A stretch of 64,000 nt of DNA from contig OZ316897.1 in NCBI GenBank assembly GCA_973895155.1, forward strand, positions 10,377,832-10,441,831, written 5' to 3'. The stretch's first letter is position 1, and every line of letters starts with the position of its first letter. Below the pieces are notes generated by a model. The model was not told where the DNA came from, did no database searches, and worked only from the letters and a program-made list of their open reading frames with translations. Source of the stretch: Marsupella aquatica (taxonomy: Eukaryota > Plantae > Marchantiophyta). Position numbers and translations under genes: made by a program. Positions 23,735 through 38,776 of this stretch are shown here, piece after piece.

Positions 23735-24125
23735 GGCCCCTGATTGTCCACTTTGTGGCCCTGCTTTAATACTCTCTAGTCTCATGGTGTGGGTCCTCTC
23801 TCCCTCTAGTCTCATGGTGTGGGTCCTGTTCTATCAATGGGGGCTCACCCAGAAATGGGTTCCCTACAAAGAAAGTTTCACTATTGGGGTGGGGAGAGAC
23901 TATGCACCTGATTAGTTGGCCTCTGATTGTCCACTTTGTGGCCCTGCTTTAATCCTCTCTCCCTCCTAGTCTCTCACTCATGGTGTCGGTCCTGTTCGAT
24001 CAGTGGGGGCTCACACTGAAATGGGTTCCCTACAAAGAAAGAGTCAGTATTGGGGTAATCAGTGGGGGCTCACCCTGAAATGGGTTCCCTACAAAGAAAG
24101 AGTCAGTATTGGGGTGGGGAGAGAC
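23735..24125 (+). repeat. Nested tandem duplications (about 180-bp unit plus about 60-bp and 28-bp sub-duplications)
   Basis: CTGATTGTCCACTTTGTGGCCCTGCTTTAAT occurs twice; GGGGGCTCAC...AAATGGGTTCCCTACAAAGAAAG occurs three times. Confidence 0.8.
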
Positions 24126-27100
24126 TAGTGATTGTTCTTCCCCATTTCAGTTCAAGACAAAAAAACAAAAGATATCCAACTCCACCGTTACAAGAGATTA
24201 CATTGAGGATTCATTGAAGATACAGAGATATCCAACTGCACCTTTACAAAGAATTACTTTACCTTCCTGTGCCTGTGTATTCTGTAGACTTTGACATGTA
24301 ATTTATTAAACGTTTTGTTCAACATAGAACATAGGATAATATCAAGCAGGCAAAGATTGAAGTTTTGGTCGATGGTGAGCTCAAGGCAGTAATGAGAACA
24401 AAAAGTCGCAGTAAGATGTTGAAGAAAGAATCTCTCTCAAGACAGAAAACATAATGTAACTTAAGGCAAATTCCGTGTTTAAACCTCAATATAAAGAATC
24501 TGAAGTGTGCCAAGGCAAGGTCTGAGGGTGTTGCAAGCCTTCCTGGAATCAATCTAGTCATAGATAACCGACACAATTAACAATCAGGGTTGTCCTGCCA
24601 TTTTCACCCTTTCTCATGCTGTGCTCTGGACGTTTAGCATTTTAATATTATGTATTCTTACTACCGAAGTGCAACTGAAAACATAAAAAAAGGGCTTATT
24701 CTCACAATTCACTGATAGGGACTTCAGGTAATGCAAAATATGATAAGGATAAATAAACAAACAAGTTTGAGATGCCTTATGGTGATAAAGGGATTTGGAA
24801 AGTGACATATTTTTTGGCTTATGGAGACAAATTTCATGCAATAGCTAGTGACTGTATAGTATATATTTGTTTAGTACGAGTGAAACGAGGTTTCTTTAAA
24901 TAGTAAATAGTAAAGAGAGAGAAAAGGACAATAAAAGAACTCCAAATTGGTTATTGCTTTAACACAAAAATGACTAATAGAGAAAAAAAATGACACTCTA
25001 ATTCTAGATTCAAGTAAACTTATCTATTTCTGCATATAGATAACCCAGGGAAGTAGCTCACATCCAAATTTCATGCTCAATTTCTCATCATGGAGTGAAC
25101 CCAGGTTCATACAAGTCATTTCAAGTAATTTATTCTTACCGTGAAGGAGCCTACAGAAACACTTACACGTAACCTAGTCAAGTGGCAGTGAAGCCTCTAA
25201 AATTCTAAATCTATCTGCTACTATAAAAATTTATGAAAGAGCCTAGAGAAACATTTAAAGCTATTGTAGGCATCATAGTAAAGTGAAAGCAATCTCTAAA
25301 ATAGAAGCTATTTTTTTAATCTATGTAGCCTTGTTTGCATGCATTGCAAAATTGCAGAACCCAGAGAAAACACCCAAACACATACTACAGAACCAGGTAG
25401 AGATAATATACCTCATATAATGAGCCGGCACAATGGAATCAGTGGCCCAGATTTGACATGGACTCATAGTCCAGATCTGACATAGAAGTGGGATGCTCTT
25501 GTAGATTAAATGCCTTGAAGACATGCCTTGAAAACTCATATAAGATTTCTTACACAACATTACTTTTTCACAATGACATCAATAATATATTTTTTGCAAT
25601 AATTTTTTTTTGTAACAACATATCTTTTTCACAACAATATCTTTTCTATTACAGCGTATTTTATGGATTGACATATTTTATGTAATAACTACTTTGATAT
25701 AACATTTTTTTCACACAAAACATCTTTCACACACATTTTTTCCTGCAAACAAAATCTTTTGCCCAGCATTTTCTGTGTATGATGACTTTTATGTAACATT
25801 TTTTTCCAAAATATATCTTTTACACTGACATTTTTTCATTCATGCAAGCAAAATCGTGTAATAGTGATTTTTATGTAAATAGTATTTGCAAAAGTATTTT
25901 TATTAAATTTTGTAATAGTGAATTCCATGTAACAACTTTTTTGTAAAAGATGTTTTTTACATTGACATTTTTTCATGCAAACAAAATAAAAAATCTTTTG
26001 CTAAACATTTACTGTGCAATATAGCCGGCTCATCCTGGAACTCATTTCAGTTTTTGTTTCGTAGCGGAAACACTCTTTAGTTTAGGGCCATAGGCGACTT
26101 TAGTGTGTATATCAGTTTAGGGCAGCCAGTATAGGGCGAACAGTGACGGCGAGTGAAGGGCGGCAAGTTTTAGGTCGAGTCTCGAGGCGAGTCCCAGCTG
26201 AAACCATGGGACAAACAGGTGATAAGGCACTGGAATTGCTTGTTAATTTCATTAGGAGTGCTCCCGTGCTCCTTGAGCTCAATGTTGCAGGTCGATGTGC
26301 TGGGGCTTAATGTGCTGGGCCTCTCATCCCCGTTCTGCTGCCGTTTTTGCTCGCTGCTGCACTCGCTTTTGCTCGGTCCTTCTTGTGCTCGGTAGCAATC
26401 ATGGTGCTTGGACCCCCTGCTCAATGTTTGGTTGGTTAGTGCATGCTCCGACTCTGCTCTCGCTCTACTAGAGAGTTTAGAGTTCTGATGGTGGTGCTAT
26501 ATGTCATCAGCCTTCTCTCGCTGGTAGTCTCCTTGCCCTCGTTGCTGCTTGCTAGATGGTCAATACTCGCTGCTGCTGGATGCTGGATGCTAGTGGCCAA
26601 TCTCCATTGATCAGTTGCAGCTGCAGTGGATGATTTAATGTATGGCCTCGGCTGTGCTCATTTCACGGAATGTATTGTGACCACTGTGGATATGATTCCA
26701 TGGCTAACTCTGGACAACCATTTCAATCTCCGTTGCTTCCACTTCACTTCTCCATGAAAGGGCAAGACGTCTGCTGTTATCCGTTTGAATGTGTACGTTT
26801 GTTTCTGCTTTCGCTATGTCTTCTAGGTATAACAAAGATTCTCCTGGCTAGTTGATTTTTTTCTCAGGCCAAATCTCCTTGCTGGTAATAATTTAGTCAC
26901 GATGGTGAAGGTTGTTTGCTTTTTTGTCATGGAAGCTAGTGCTCGTTTCGCTATGCTGCTTGTGAGGACTGTTTACTTGGCTCTGTTTTGGCTTGTTTGT
27001 GCTCAGTTCTTTTTGGCTCGACATTGTTTTGGCTCTTCAGGTCTAATTTTGACTTTGTCTTTGTAGGGTTGCTCGATTTGGCTGTGTGCCCGGTTGCTAA

Positions 27101-30045
27101 GTGATTTGGCCAGTATCTATCCACAATTCTTGTTTGTCCGTTGTGCCTGGTCTGTTTTACTCTCTAGTAGTGTTCCGTTTGATTCTCACTTGTCTTTTTG
27201 ACAGAGGCTTTAGTTGACACGTGCAATGTGCAAGGCTTTTGTATCATTTTTTGAGTCAAACTCTGCTTGGAAGGCTGTTCAAGAACAGTTCAGGGTTCAA
27301 TTCCCTGTCGGAGCTATGAGGTGACAGGTTTGGAAAAGCACTTAATAGAAACAAATGTGAAAATAATCAGAACAGAGGTCACAGGGGCAGCCCTTGGATA
27401 AGTGGATGGCATTTGTTTCCGCTCAAGTGTCGCTAATGATGCTCATGCAATGGGGAAGGATTTATGTTTAGAGTTGCCTTTTTATGTTTTTACTGAATGG
27501 TTGATAGTATAAAAAGAAAATGATGTCATTTTCTTGTCTATTTTACATCTCTGAAAAAAAATTCCAACATTGCTGATTTGGGTTAAATGTAAATGTACAT
27601 TTTCTTTAAAGGGGAAAAAAATCTATCAAAAGTAACTGTTTCTTTTTGTGCATAAAGGGTTTGAAATTAATCATTAGGGTAGTTATTTTGATAAATGTCT
27701 TATTGTAAAAGCACATCAAAACTCTAATTTATGCTAAAATAAAATAGGCTGAAAAAACGTAACTATGGTTTGCCATATAACAATGTCGGAATTTTTGAGT
27801 GAGCAACACACAAACATTGAGCTAGTATTGACATAAGATAAAATACATTTTAGAGTGAGCAACACAAATATATTCAAAGGCCCAAATTTTAGAATGAGCC
27901 AACACAACTGGATTCAAAGGCCCGGATTTGACATGGCCGTAATTAAAACAAGCAAAGTTCAGGTCTTTGTGGAACGACATGACACTGGACAAAGATTGGA
28001 CAGTCTCTCTTCACACTTTCACGTCCACCCTTTTAGTAACAACAGTTCTAACTTCTGCTCCTGCAATTGGCTCGACGTCATATCCTTAATTTGTAGAATT
28101 GTATCCTACTCCGACATTGCCTTCTCCCGTTTCCAGTTGTGGGCGACCACACTTCCATTGTGCACCGATGTGAATCAGAACAGCAAAAAGACAAGAATGA
28201 TTTGCATCTTTGATTCCCCAAGAGATTTGCCTTACAATGTTTCAAACTTTGCACAAAATACATCTCCTCCGGTTTCATGTGAATCATTTGCACCTTTGGA
28301 TCTCACTTTGATTCTCAAAGGGATATGCCTTCTAAAGAGTCGAATCAGCTCAAACGACATCTGTGCCGGTCTGGAGATATCATCGTTCAAACATCTAATG
28401 TTCTTCTAAAGTGCAGATTCAAAGGGCGGCATTTCATTGTCAGACGATGCAAACCTTTGGTCAAACCATTCCCATCAGTGCGACCACTCTCAGTAACAAC
28501 ACAAGCCGGCTACCCTTCGTTGGGATTGAACTGTACCTTGCGTTCGCATCCTTGAATCGGGGGCTTCATATCTATGCTTGCATAAACTTCAGACCGAATA
28601 CAGGATGGTTCTCACTGCTGCTAACAATAACTTCTAATCAATAGCCCACTCTTGAGAGATGATCTCGGCCAAGCCCCTCAAACACCAAGACCGGTACAAC
28701 ATGTTTACCTATGAACGAAATGGCTTTCAAATGTAACAATTATGTGGGAGACCGTACTACCGCCTGCTCTTCATTCTGATTAGAATCCAGCAACATCAAA
28801 CATTAAACTGCATTGATTTTTCTCGAATTTGACGGGAGGTTATTCACAACAACAGCCCACTGTACTTATTGTAAGATGTGAAAATTAGAATACAAGCCAA
28901 ACATTACATTCTACCACCCACAAGACTTCCACACTTCAACAGGCGCTCCATCAGGCTTCTACCCTCATTCCAATGCAGGAGCCCATCTGTAACTGCAAAT
29001 GACTAAGCCTCCAGCTGTAAAGGTAAATCCCCGGCAACGAGACTGATCACAAGGTCGTTTTACTTGTCTTCGTGCAGCCCGTTTACTGATTGGACCCCAC
29101 AGATATCCACTCCATCTACAGTGGTCCTCCAGACCAAGGCTCTGGTGCCAGCCAACCAAGACCACCAGAGGGACCTCCAATATCCTTGTCTGCAAGCTCA
29201 CGGTGGAACCTCAATAAGATATTAGTTGCTCAAGCTAGTAGCTCGTAGGCATAATAGTTTATGGACAGATAACTACAGCGTATGAAGCCAGATAAAGAAC
29301 ACATGACTAGAGAGGAGTGAAAAAGCCAGACAAGGTAGCAAAATACACGACAGCATCTAACACCCTCTGAACAAGGCAGTCAAGCAATAAAAAGATGGCG
29401 ACGTCTCAAGTACGAAAAGACATACAACACGGTCGCATAAAGCAAACATCAATCCATTCCGTAAATCACTATCCAAGTAAAATCAGGTCAAAGCAAACAT
29501 CCGCAGGGCGAATGTCTCCAATCCCTTCTGTGCGGTGAAAGTAAGTAAGTCACGTTTGGTACAAGCACTGAATTTTACTCGATACAGATTGATATACAGC
29601 TTGATCGAAGTCTTTACCATTTGCAGAATTTTGTTAAAAAACATGCACCATGATATCAACTTCTAGTTCAGGTGGATACGACCCCTGTTGTGCCTAGCGT
29701 CCATTTCAAATATTGAACAAACGGGCAGCTATTGGTAAGCAATCAACACTTCCCCTCCCAACTCTAGGAACTATCATGATCCAATCCAGGCATGGTGACT
29801 CGCTATCTCCCTAGCGGAAACTGCTCTCCATGAAGAGCCTCTTAAATAGCTATAATGTGTCGCATAGGGCAATCTGCAAAGAGTTGTACGTAGAAACTGG
29901 ACTAACCTTTCTCTACACTAACCAGGGCTCTCCAACAACACCTTCATTTGCAATCAATAACCCCACGGGTGAGTTGAGAGTTCATACACAACGAAAAAGT
30001 GCAGTCAGAATGCTCTGCTTCGGAGAAAACATCTCTTGCAACACA

Positions 30046-33000
30046 CTAGTCCATGGCCTTTGTATCCTTCTCAAGGACTTGTAGATCATAAATCTGGCGG
30101 ATGTTGCCAGTTGCTGCAAAACGAACACCGTCATCACGAGGTTGATAAATGTTCGGGGTGAGAACTTCTACCACGAGCCTACAACGGCCTTTCCACAAAC
30201 TGAGCAAACTACCAAAACATTTGGAGTAATAACATCTTTTGCCAAATTGCTCTCCGTTAGTCCAGAAGAGTAGAATGAGCTATCGTTATAGAGAATGCCA
30301 AGTTGGAGGCCAACCCAAACCACATGTCAAGGGTTTTGAGCAACAAGAGTTAACGTCCTGACCCCTTGTGCCATGAAGAAGCACACCCTTCCGTGTGGAT
30401 ATCAAAAACAAATTATGAGTATTCAACATTTAACTGATACAACCATCTTCTAAACCAAAGAGAAGTCCAAGAGACAGGCTCCTTACAATATAACCAATCC
30501 TTGAAGTGGGCATGAATTGCAGTACTAAGATCACGCTTCCTGCTCTCCTCCAATGCAACACCTTTGAGGGTCTGCTTCAAGCTCTCTACTGCCTTTGCCT
30601 GCACAAATTGAAGGTTAGAAAGACTTCTACCCAATAAAAGCGACTTCCTGCGGTGATAAGCGTGAATACTTACAATCGACCAGATAAGAAGAGAACTACC
30701 AGTGAGCTCCTTGACATATCAGACTATCCTAACAATGCTGATCCGCTCATTTACCAAAATTATTCAACATTCGCAAAGGTGACAAGTCATGGTTTTCTTG
30801 AAAACCCACAAGACCAGTCGATGAAACAGGGTAAAGCCTACACAGAAGACACCTCAAATGCAATCCTCAACCTCAGAGCTTCGGGCACCAACTTACTCCT
30901 ACGTCACCTACATCCTCTTGACTGTTGAAAACCACCCCTAATACGAAATAACTGAAAGTTACCCTGTGCTGTTGAGCAAGTAGATAGGCCTTCGGCAAAA
31001 CGAACGGATTAGCCTGCGTTACAGGCTCCTGCTCACCGTCCACTTCGCCCCACTTTGGAACCTGCAGTCGCACCCAGTTTTTCTTTAAATTCTTATCACT
31101 CTATGGCAAGCATCAGTCCTAGCTCTACTATCACACGCACAGATAGCTATCAGCTAAACATAACGGCTTGGCGGAGCTTCTCATCTGTCAAGTTACATGT
31201 TCTCACAGAAAAGTTCTCATCTGTCGAGTTACGTGTTCTCACGAAACAGTTCTAATGAGAAATGACAATTAACAGCGTTCAGCTCACTGCTGTACCTAAC
31301 CAAGATAAGTCCAAAATGCTTACTGAAAAGTTGGTAAATCGTTCAGGCTGAAGAACAGCTGCTCCCTCAGCTTGTGCATCAGCAATACCAGCTGAATGTG
31401 AAATAGAATCATGAGGGTCTACGATACCCAAAGGCAGAAGCTGATCCCATCTATTGATTGTTAAATCGACTCCAACCTTTCCTAGGTCTGCTTCCAATTT
31501 GGGATAGAATGTGTTGTATGGTGCAACCTGAGTACACAAAGCGAGGAAGTCCATTGAGGGAAACAACAACGTCCCCAACATTAGGCCCCACCCGTCCATT
31601 TGGGTATGACGGGACAGGCCAGTATTCTACGTGGAGTTTCATCCCTGCTTCAAGACTAGGCTCCCTTTCCGATAGAGCCAACGTTCAGATAGCTTCAATG
31701 CAGAAAAACGCCAGTCGAAAAGAGTAGATTATATATCACATCAGACCGTGATCTTCAAATCTTATGACATAATGCAGACCAAAGGCTCTGAACAGCTCAT
31801 AAGCAACTTTTGAAGTGAGACCCGAATATACCTGTAAATTGTGATTGTCACCAAGAACTAGTGGTCGATGATTCACACCTAGATTGAACAAACACTCCCT
31901 ACAGTTGGCAATACAAATGCGTGCACAGGGAACAATTATTTGTACCCTTTCACAATGCTCCACTCTTACTGCCTGGGACAACACCAACCATAACAGATAA
32001 TGAGCCTGGATATTTCAGTAGGGCCATCACAACATTATCCTCTTACTCCTGCAACTTGACGACGTAAATAAACATGGACCCCATGTTGAGCTAAAATATT
32101 TGACCTAAACTACTGGCAATGTTCAAGTGCCACTGACAGCTCAATAGAACCACAACCGTCCTCAGTTGAAAGAATGTCTTGTGACCACAAGGTTACAATT
32201 GCTTCGTAAACGCACCTTACCAACAGCCCCAAGTACTACAATGGAATCAGAGCATCCGTACACTGATGCATATTTCATCGACCCCAATACGTAGACCACT
32301 GAATCATGGCACTGGGTAACCTGGCAGAAATGATCCAAGGGGTACAAGTTAGGTTCGACAGCAAGTGTAAAACATTGACTCGCATAAGCATTACTGTGTG
32401 GTATGCAACTACCATACCTAGAAAATAGAAAACGTCTTTGATGCACAAAGGTCCTTCACACGAGACGTCGACATGACAATCCAATCTAAAAATATTCACC
32501 TTCACTGAACCGCCTTTAATGTCAGCTTCACTTTTCACTACTGAAGCTCTGGTTATTCCATCCACAAAAGTTATTCCGTCAGGTCGCCAGTCTCTAGGTA
32601 GCTGTGCGAGCCCATTTGATATTGTCCCGCTAGGTTGGCCACCATAGGGCGAAGCATCCGGCATAGGTACATCTGCCTCAGACTCCTCGCTTTCTGCAGG
32701 GCCATTCTCCTTTGTTGCTGACTTCAAGGTAGAGCGTTCCGAAGAGGAACATAGGTGTTCAGACATCCAGTCGAGTACTTGAGGTAACGGGACGGGTACG
32801 GCTGGCATAGCTGGATCAGAATTCGCAAAAAAAGGCGTGGCTTGATTTAAAGGCAGCAATTCCGTGGTCGCATCCCTAGCTCGGAGTAGAAACGCAAGAT
32901 GCTGAAATTTTTCAAGAGTAATCACCTGATAATCCACTCCAACCATATTTAATGCCATTAGTGAGCCTACGGATTGCATCCTTTGTTGACAAGTATTGTA

Positions 33001-34615
33001 TCTAACTCTCACTGGGACCAATAAACACAACACATTCCTGGACCGAATTTGTCCACTCTGTGAACTCGTTGTTTACTCACGATCATCACACTTACAAATA
33101 AAGGTAACCCGGGTAAAACACAAAGCACAACTGGCTTTCTCTAAGGCGTAAGTGCATCAATGAAAATTCTAAAAGCCTTCATTCACCATACGTGTTGGAT
33201 TCTTCTTTCATTCTTGCACTAATAACGACCAGATTCCCCCTAATAGGAGAGAGGGAGAATTGACCAACTCCAAGACGTTACCACAAGCCACGTTTCTATA
33301 CTTATCACCACGGAAATCATGAATTGCACGGAAGTCCTCTCGCACAAAACTTAACCTGCGCGAAAACTAAGAGGTGGAAACCTAATTGCCCATGAAAGGA
33401 TAATCAATGTGAGTGCTTATTCAAAACTGGAGCACAATGTCGCCCTCTGATGCAAATCTTAACCGATAAGGATTTCTGGAACAGTACCAGTAAGTCAAAC
33501 TTCAAGCTCAAAATTAGCATGCACAACCCGTACCTTTGCGTCGTCATCGTCTTCCTCTGTAGACGGTGCATCCTCTGTAGACTGTGCCAATAGGGACAAT
33601 ATAGAAGGTAAATGCTTCTGAATGAATGCCAATTGATGGGCCTCTTCTTCTGCTTGGCATGGTAAAGAACGTCGTGAAGCCCTAGCCTGCAAAATGCGGA
33701 ATAACTGAGAAGACCTTCACCTCCGAAATAATACAGGGATGATAGGAGGCAGCCAACTTAAGGATAAGAAAATATGGCGGAACGTGAAAATTCGCTTTTT
33801 CATCTATATGGTCCATGGGATTCTACATCCAGACTGGTAAAAGCCTTGGAAAACCACATCATACCCTTTCAGAAACAAAAACAACGATCCTACTGATGAG
33901 TACGTGAGGCCACAAAAACGCGAAGGATCCACAAAGAGTAATCACTCACAAATTTTGTGAAAAGACAGGATAGTAACCCTGATAGTCAAATATAGCACAT
34001 TCTCCACACCATGAAGAGAAAAGATGGATGTGAAAATCCGGGCTCGTATATCAGAGCAAAAGAAAGAGGCGAGCTAACCTGTAGCAGAGAGGTAGGCGAT
34101 AGAAATCCATCAAAAACGGAAGGCGTCGGCCACACGTCTGCTACAGCAGCAGCGTCCTTGTGCGGACGCGGAAGAACCCTTTTGTAAGTCTGAATGTAGA
34201 CGAAAAGAACGACGTCGTCAATATCTGCATCTAGGGACTCGACGTCCGCGGCAGGCTTCCGGGCAAGAGGGTCGACGTCCGCTCCTTCATCGGGTAGCAC
34301 AGATGCTAATGTGTCCAGAACAAGACGGGCATGAGCCTCCGGTAAACCTAGACTTGCGGCAATGCCTGTGGAGTTCACACGATTCTTACTAAATTTTGCC
34401 TGGTATCCACCATCGTCGGGTCCAGTACTGTCATCTGTCGCAATAGGAACGGGTAGGGCCTGTTCCAACAACTTGCCTCGCAGTGTTTTGAATGCTGGAA
34501 CCCCTTCGTTGATTATCAGGTTGGACAGAGGAAGGAGACCGTACTCGAACGGTTCTCGGCGAACGTGGAGCCATGGCGGCTCCAAAGATGCTGCTGAGGT
34601 TGTCTCAGCACTCAT
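30046..34615 (-). CDS. TBCC domain-containing protein 1 (C-CAP/cofactor C-like), about 9 coding exons
   Basis: Exon peptides LHVRREPFEYGLLPL, DAAAVADVWP, QAEEEAHQLAFIQKHL, CHDSVVYVLG..KYASVYGCSDS, VRVEHCERV...CIANCREC...LVLGDNHNLQVAPYNTFY, NPFVLPKAY, IHAHFKDWLY and last exon TGNIRQIYDLQ...AMD* (TAG 30048-30046); GT-AG introns. Confidence 0.93.
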
Positions 34616-35899
34616 GTTTTATATTTCACGCCTTACAAATCCTCATCCACTGCTTGTCCAGTGCGACCTGCTTGATTTTTGCCAAATTACTCCAAAAGCA
34701 CTGCGGCCACAGCGTTTCCCTACAAATGAGACTGGGCTCCACTATAGAGCAGTGTCGGAACGTGCACAGGCCACCTAATAATGGGCAGAATACCTTCTTC
34801 GATTCAGATGCAGAATTTGTGACGCCATCAGCATCATCAGCTCAGCGCTGTTCTCTCACGAATAACTATCGGCAACAATGCACCTACTCTTTAGATTCAC
34901 GGGTAAGAATCGTATAGGCCATGTTCCTGAGCTTACGGCGGCCATGTATTAGGATCGCTTCTGGGCACAAGAAGCAAGGCCATCGTTGTACGTCGTCATG
35001 CACATTCAAAGAATACGATAAAGGGAAACAGCTGGTCACTCGATGCTACTAAAACCTAGCAACGATGATCTCCACCATAAACGGAGCCCTTGCCACTCCC
35101 TCACTCACAAACTCCTGCAACGGAGTATCTATAACAAACTACACTAGGGTAAAGAAAACACTTCAAACCAACTCGTCTTCGTCAGCCTGCACGCTCCAGC
35201 ACAAAATAATCACAGCCTCGATCCTTGCCTCCTCCTCCTCCTCCACCACCGGCTATACTCAAACCACCCTCAAATGACCGCAATTTTCCGCACCCGACCT
35301 CATTGCCGCGTCCTCTTCCGAGATTAGCAAAATCCGACACCAATCCCGCACGCCCGGCTCTCTCTCTTTCAGCTCTTCGACTCCGTGACTCCTTCTTTTC
35401 TCGCCTCTTTCTTCTACTGTCTACTCAGCTTGTCACAATTCCTAAGCTCCTCCTCTTCCTCCTCTTCCTCCTCCCTTTTCCTCCTTCCGTCCGCTCTGCA
35501 GACGTCTCCGAGCTCGATCGCTCGCTGGCTCTTCCTTCCTCGCGTTTGCGTTCCTTCTCTTCCCTTCCCTCCCTCCCCTCTCTTCGGTAAGTTGTTTCGG
35601 TGTCGTCCGCCCTAACAAAGGCTGTAAGGCCACGACGGAAGACGAAAGGTATACATGAGGTGCTGAGGCAGCTTACACCCTTACCACTACAATAGTAGTA
35701 GTAGTAACAGTAGTAGCAGTAGACGAGTGGCAGTGGCGATCGAGCTCGCTCTACCCGAGCGACCGAGCGACCGACCGAGCGACTGCACCCACTATTGGCA
35801 AACGCGCGGTATCACCAAAGCAGACGACGCGGCAGCACTCCCTCCGCGTCGCGTGGTTTGCGGGATGGCCGCCAGCATCGAATGACGCCCCGCGGATAA

Positions 35900-36360
35900 T
35901 TACCATAACGCTTTTTAATTATACTTTTTCGTAGCGTTTTGCCCAATTATGGACTGGCCTGCTAGCGGGCGCGTGACCAGAGAGTTTGTGGTCACAGAGA
36001 ACAGTATCCATTCCTGTTTTGACAAATACTTCTTCATACAATTTTGTTGACCATAACGCTCATTAGTTATGCTTTTTCATAACGTTCTTCCAATTATGGT
36101 ATGGCCTGCTAACCAGACCAGGCCTGTCGTGACCAGAAATTTTGTGTCACAAGACGAGTATCAATTTCTGTTTTGACAATACTTCGTCATACATTTTGTT
36201 TATCATAATGTTGTTTAATTATGCTTCATATTAAATATTTTTTCCCAATTATGTTAAAGGGCAGCTAACGGGCTCAGGCCCGTGACCAGAAAGTTCGTAG
36301 TCACAAGAAGAGTATCCATTCCTGTTTTGACAATACTTCATCCATTTTTGCTGACAATAC
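35900..36360 (+). repeat. Degenerate tandem repeat, about 155-bp unit x3, in the intergenic region between the divergent TBCC and GFS12 genes
   Basis: CGTGACCAGA...GTCACA...AGTATCMATTYCTGTTTTGACAA...TACTTC recurs at about 35971, 36128 and 36281. Confidence 0.75.
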
Positions 36361-36417
36361 AGTCAAACTATGGTCTGAGCCCACCTTTGGGCCCCATCAC
36401 AATAATTGATGGGATCT

Positions 36418-36505
36418 CTATCCCAACCTTTGAACTTGGAGAACCTCTATCCAAACCTTTGAACTGGGAGACCCTTTATCCAAACCTTTGAACTTTGGAA
36501 AACCT
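36418..36505 (+). repeat. 29-bp tandem repeat x3 (TATCCAAACCTTTGAACTTGGAGAACCTC-like)
   Basis: Directly visible. Confidence 0.8.
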
Positions 36506-38432
36506 CGAAATGTTGTGTATAATTGAATGGAAGTCAAGTGCTTCTTGTTAGTCAAAGTTCATGAAATGTGTGTTTAGGGCCAGCTTGTATGTAACCAGCG
36601 CTCAACAATTTGTGACCTTTGCACTAGCAACATGATCTGCTTCCCTATTAAGTATGATGTGTGCAAGTGTCTTGGTTCCCTGCTTTGTCATGTTACCCCA
36701 CTACATATTATACAGGGGCACAATGCAGGGAATTGTTTTATTCTAATTTCAAAGGTAGAGACCTCAAGGGCCAGAAAGTTTCTGGTCCTTGCCCTTGAAA
36801 ACCACTATTATTGCCGTCAAGCATTAAACACTTGCTCAACAGGCATATCATTAAAGGATGTTCTTAATTGAACGTTTTCATGTTGTTTATTGTTTAGTAA
36901 GTTTACACTATCTTCAGTGTTTTAAATCTTGCATTTCTGGGAAAGTGTAGAGCGATGACATTGTGCCAAGGAGGACCATGTGCTCCTTTTCATGCCATGC
37001 TAAACTGGGAGAGGTACAAGCAATTATCAAAGACCCCTTAAAAAGCCAACGAGCACATTACATGTCATGCATGTAAGGATGGGGCCACATTAAAGCATGA
37101 ATGCATACGTATGTAGGATAGCATGGTACAATAGCAGGTGGAGCCCCACGAGTGAGAGAGGTAGCACATGACATGGGCATAAGTAGTTAAAAGTAATCCA
37201 GCCAAGTCAAGGTTGAGGAGGGCCAAGCAGGACGGTATCAAGATCAAAATAATTTAGAGTATCGGTAAAAATTGAAACAGAGTCAAACTCTCCAGAGGTA
37301 GCTTGGTCAGTGATTGTACTCTTGGTTTGGGTGCATTACTTTTTCTTTTTGGTTAGAACAACCTGAAGGGAATTCCTCCATTATGAATAATAAACCAACA
37401 AAAACTACACGGGTGATTCTAAACCAAGGAAAAAAAATGCTCAGAAACATTAAAATAAGTTGCAGAGTGAGAATGGGCAAAACAAAGAAAAACACCCTGG
37501 CTCACACAAAAAATAAATATGATATGTAATAATAAAAAGTAAAACATTAAGGCGATTATAGAAACTTGTGTACCCATGCACACCATTAAATTTTCTTGCC
37601 TTCAGAGTGTAATTCCCTCCATCATTTTGGAGAGGAATAAAAAGTGTAATTGTCATTCAGCTTGGATGGAGATCCGTCCCAGCCAAGCTTAGGGGAAGGG
37701 ACCCAAAACCCAAGCTCGGATGGAGATCCATCCCATCCAAGCTTGAGACGGTTGGAATATACATTGTAGGTTACTGACTTTGGTGCTTGTAGCTTTACTC
37801 TAAAAAAGGAAAACATGGTAAGTTACTCTAAGGCCTTGGACAACAAACACCTGGACTTACTCAAAGCAATTGATAAATATCTACCATAGTTCAGATTCTG
37901 ACACATGGCATGATCTCAACCATTGCTTGTGTTAGGCAGCTTTGGTGTACTCTCAAGGCTGTTCGTGATGAAATAACCTTGGAAGGCAATGAACTCTGAT
38001 TAGCTTTTTTGTTTGTTTGTCATTTGAGTATCATAATTGTTTTGTGGGGCCCTTTCTTGACCCTTGTCTGGGCATTTTGGTGGGCAGGACCACGGCTACC
38101 TCTGGAGATGCTCTTAGGGTAAGGGTGCCTTTACAAGAAGTTGGGGCCCAATTGCTTATTTTAATTCACTTTTAACATTAAATCTGGATAAGAAAATGAG
38201 TGAAGACGGTTGGAATCAACTTTATAAAAACGCTAGGGCCCATTTAGATATGGTATCAACTGATTCTCCTTGACAAGCACTGAACCCAAGTAAATGCTTA
38301 TGTGAAATATTTATTTTGTCTAGAATTTTAGGGAATTTAGGGCACCTCCAGAGGTGGTCCAAACAATTATAAGTTTAGGCTCCTTAAAAACTGAGTTTCC
38401 CACTTCTTGTAAATCTACCCTGCCTAAGTGCA

Positions 38433-38776
38433 TGTTAGATATTGTTCTAGTCTTGTGACTCATGAGCTAACCATAGTTAGTTTAACTCAGGTTAGGATTT
38501 AGCTAATGTTAGCGAAAGTGCTGTTGTGTATATAGTCAGGGCTGATGCCAGACCCTGGTGAAACTTAGGCTCATTGTTATAGAGCTAGTTGAGAGATAGA
38601 GAGAGCTTGTGCTGTGGATGTTTGGTATGGCCGATCGACCTAGAGTGCAGTAAAGTTCTTGTGTGTTCCCATGGACGTAGCCTCATGTGGAGATGAACCA
38701 CGTATCTCTCTATGTCGACTATTGTGCGTTGGATGATTCATGGACTTGCCGTTACGAATGTCGTCTATGTTCAACA
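38433..38776 (+). mobile_element. Solo LTR (344 bp) of a relative of the 1097-7664 Copia family
   Basis: TGTTAG...TTCAACA flanked by 5-bp TSD GTGCA (38428-38432, 38777-38781); its 3' ~210 bp align with Copia LTR about 1346-1553. Confidence 0.92.

Noticed and set aside
27855-28644. 184-aa ORF and neighbours downstream of the TBCC gene
   Set aside because: Non-ATG start, no recognisable domain; more likely the opposite strand of a long 3' UTR or intergenic DNA.
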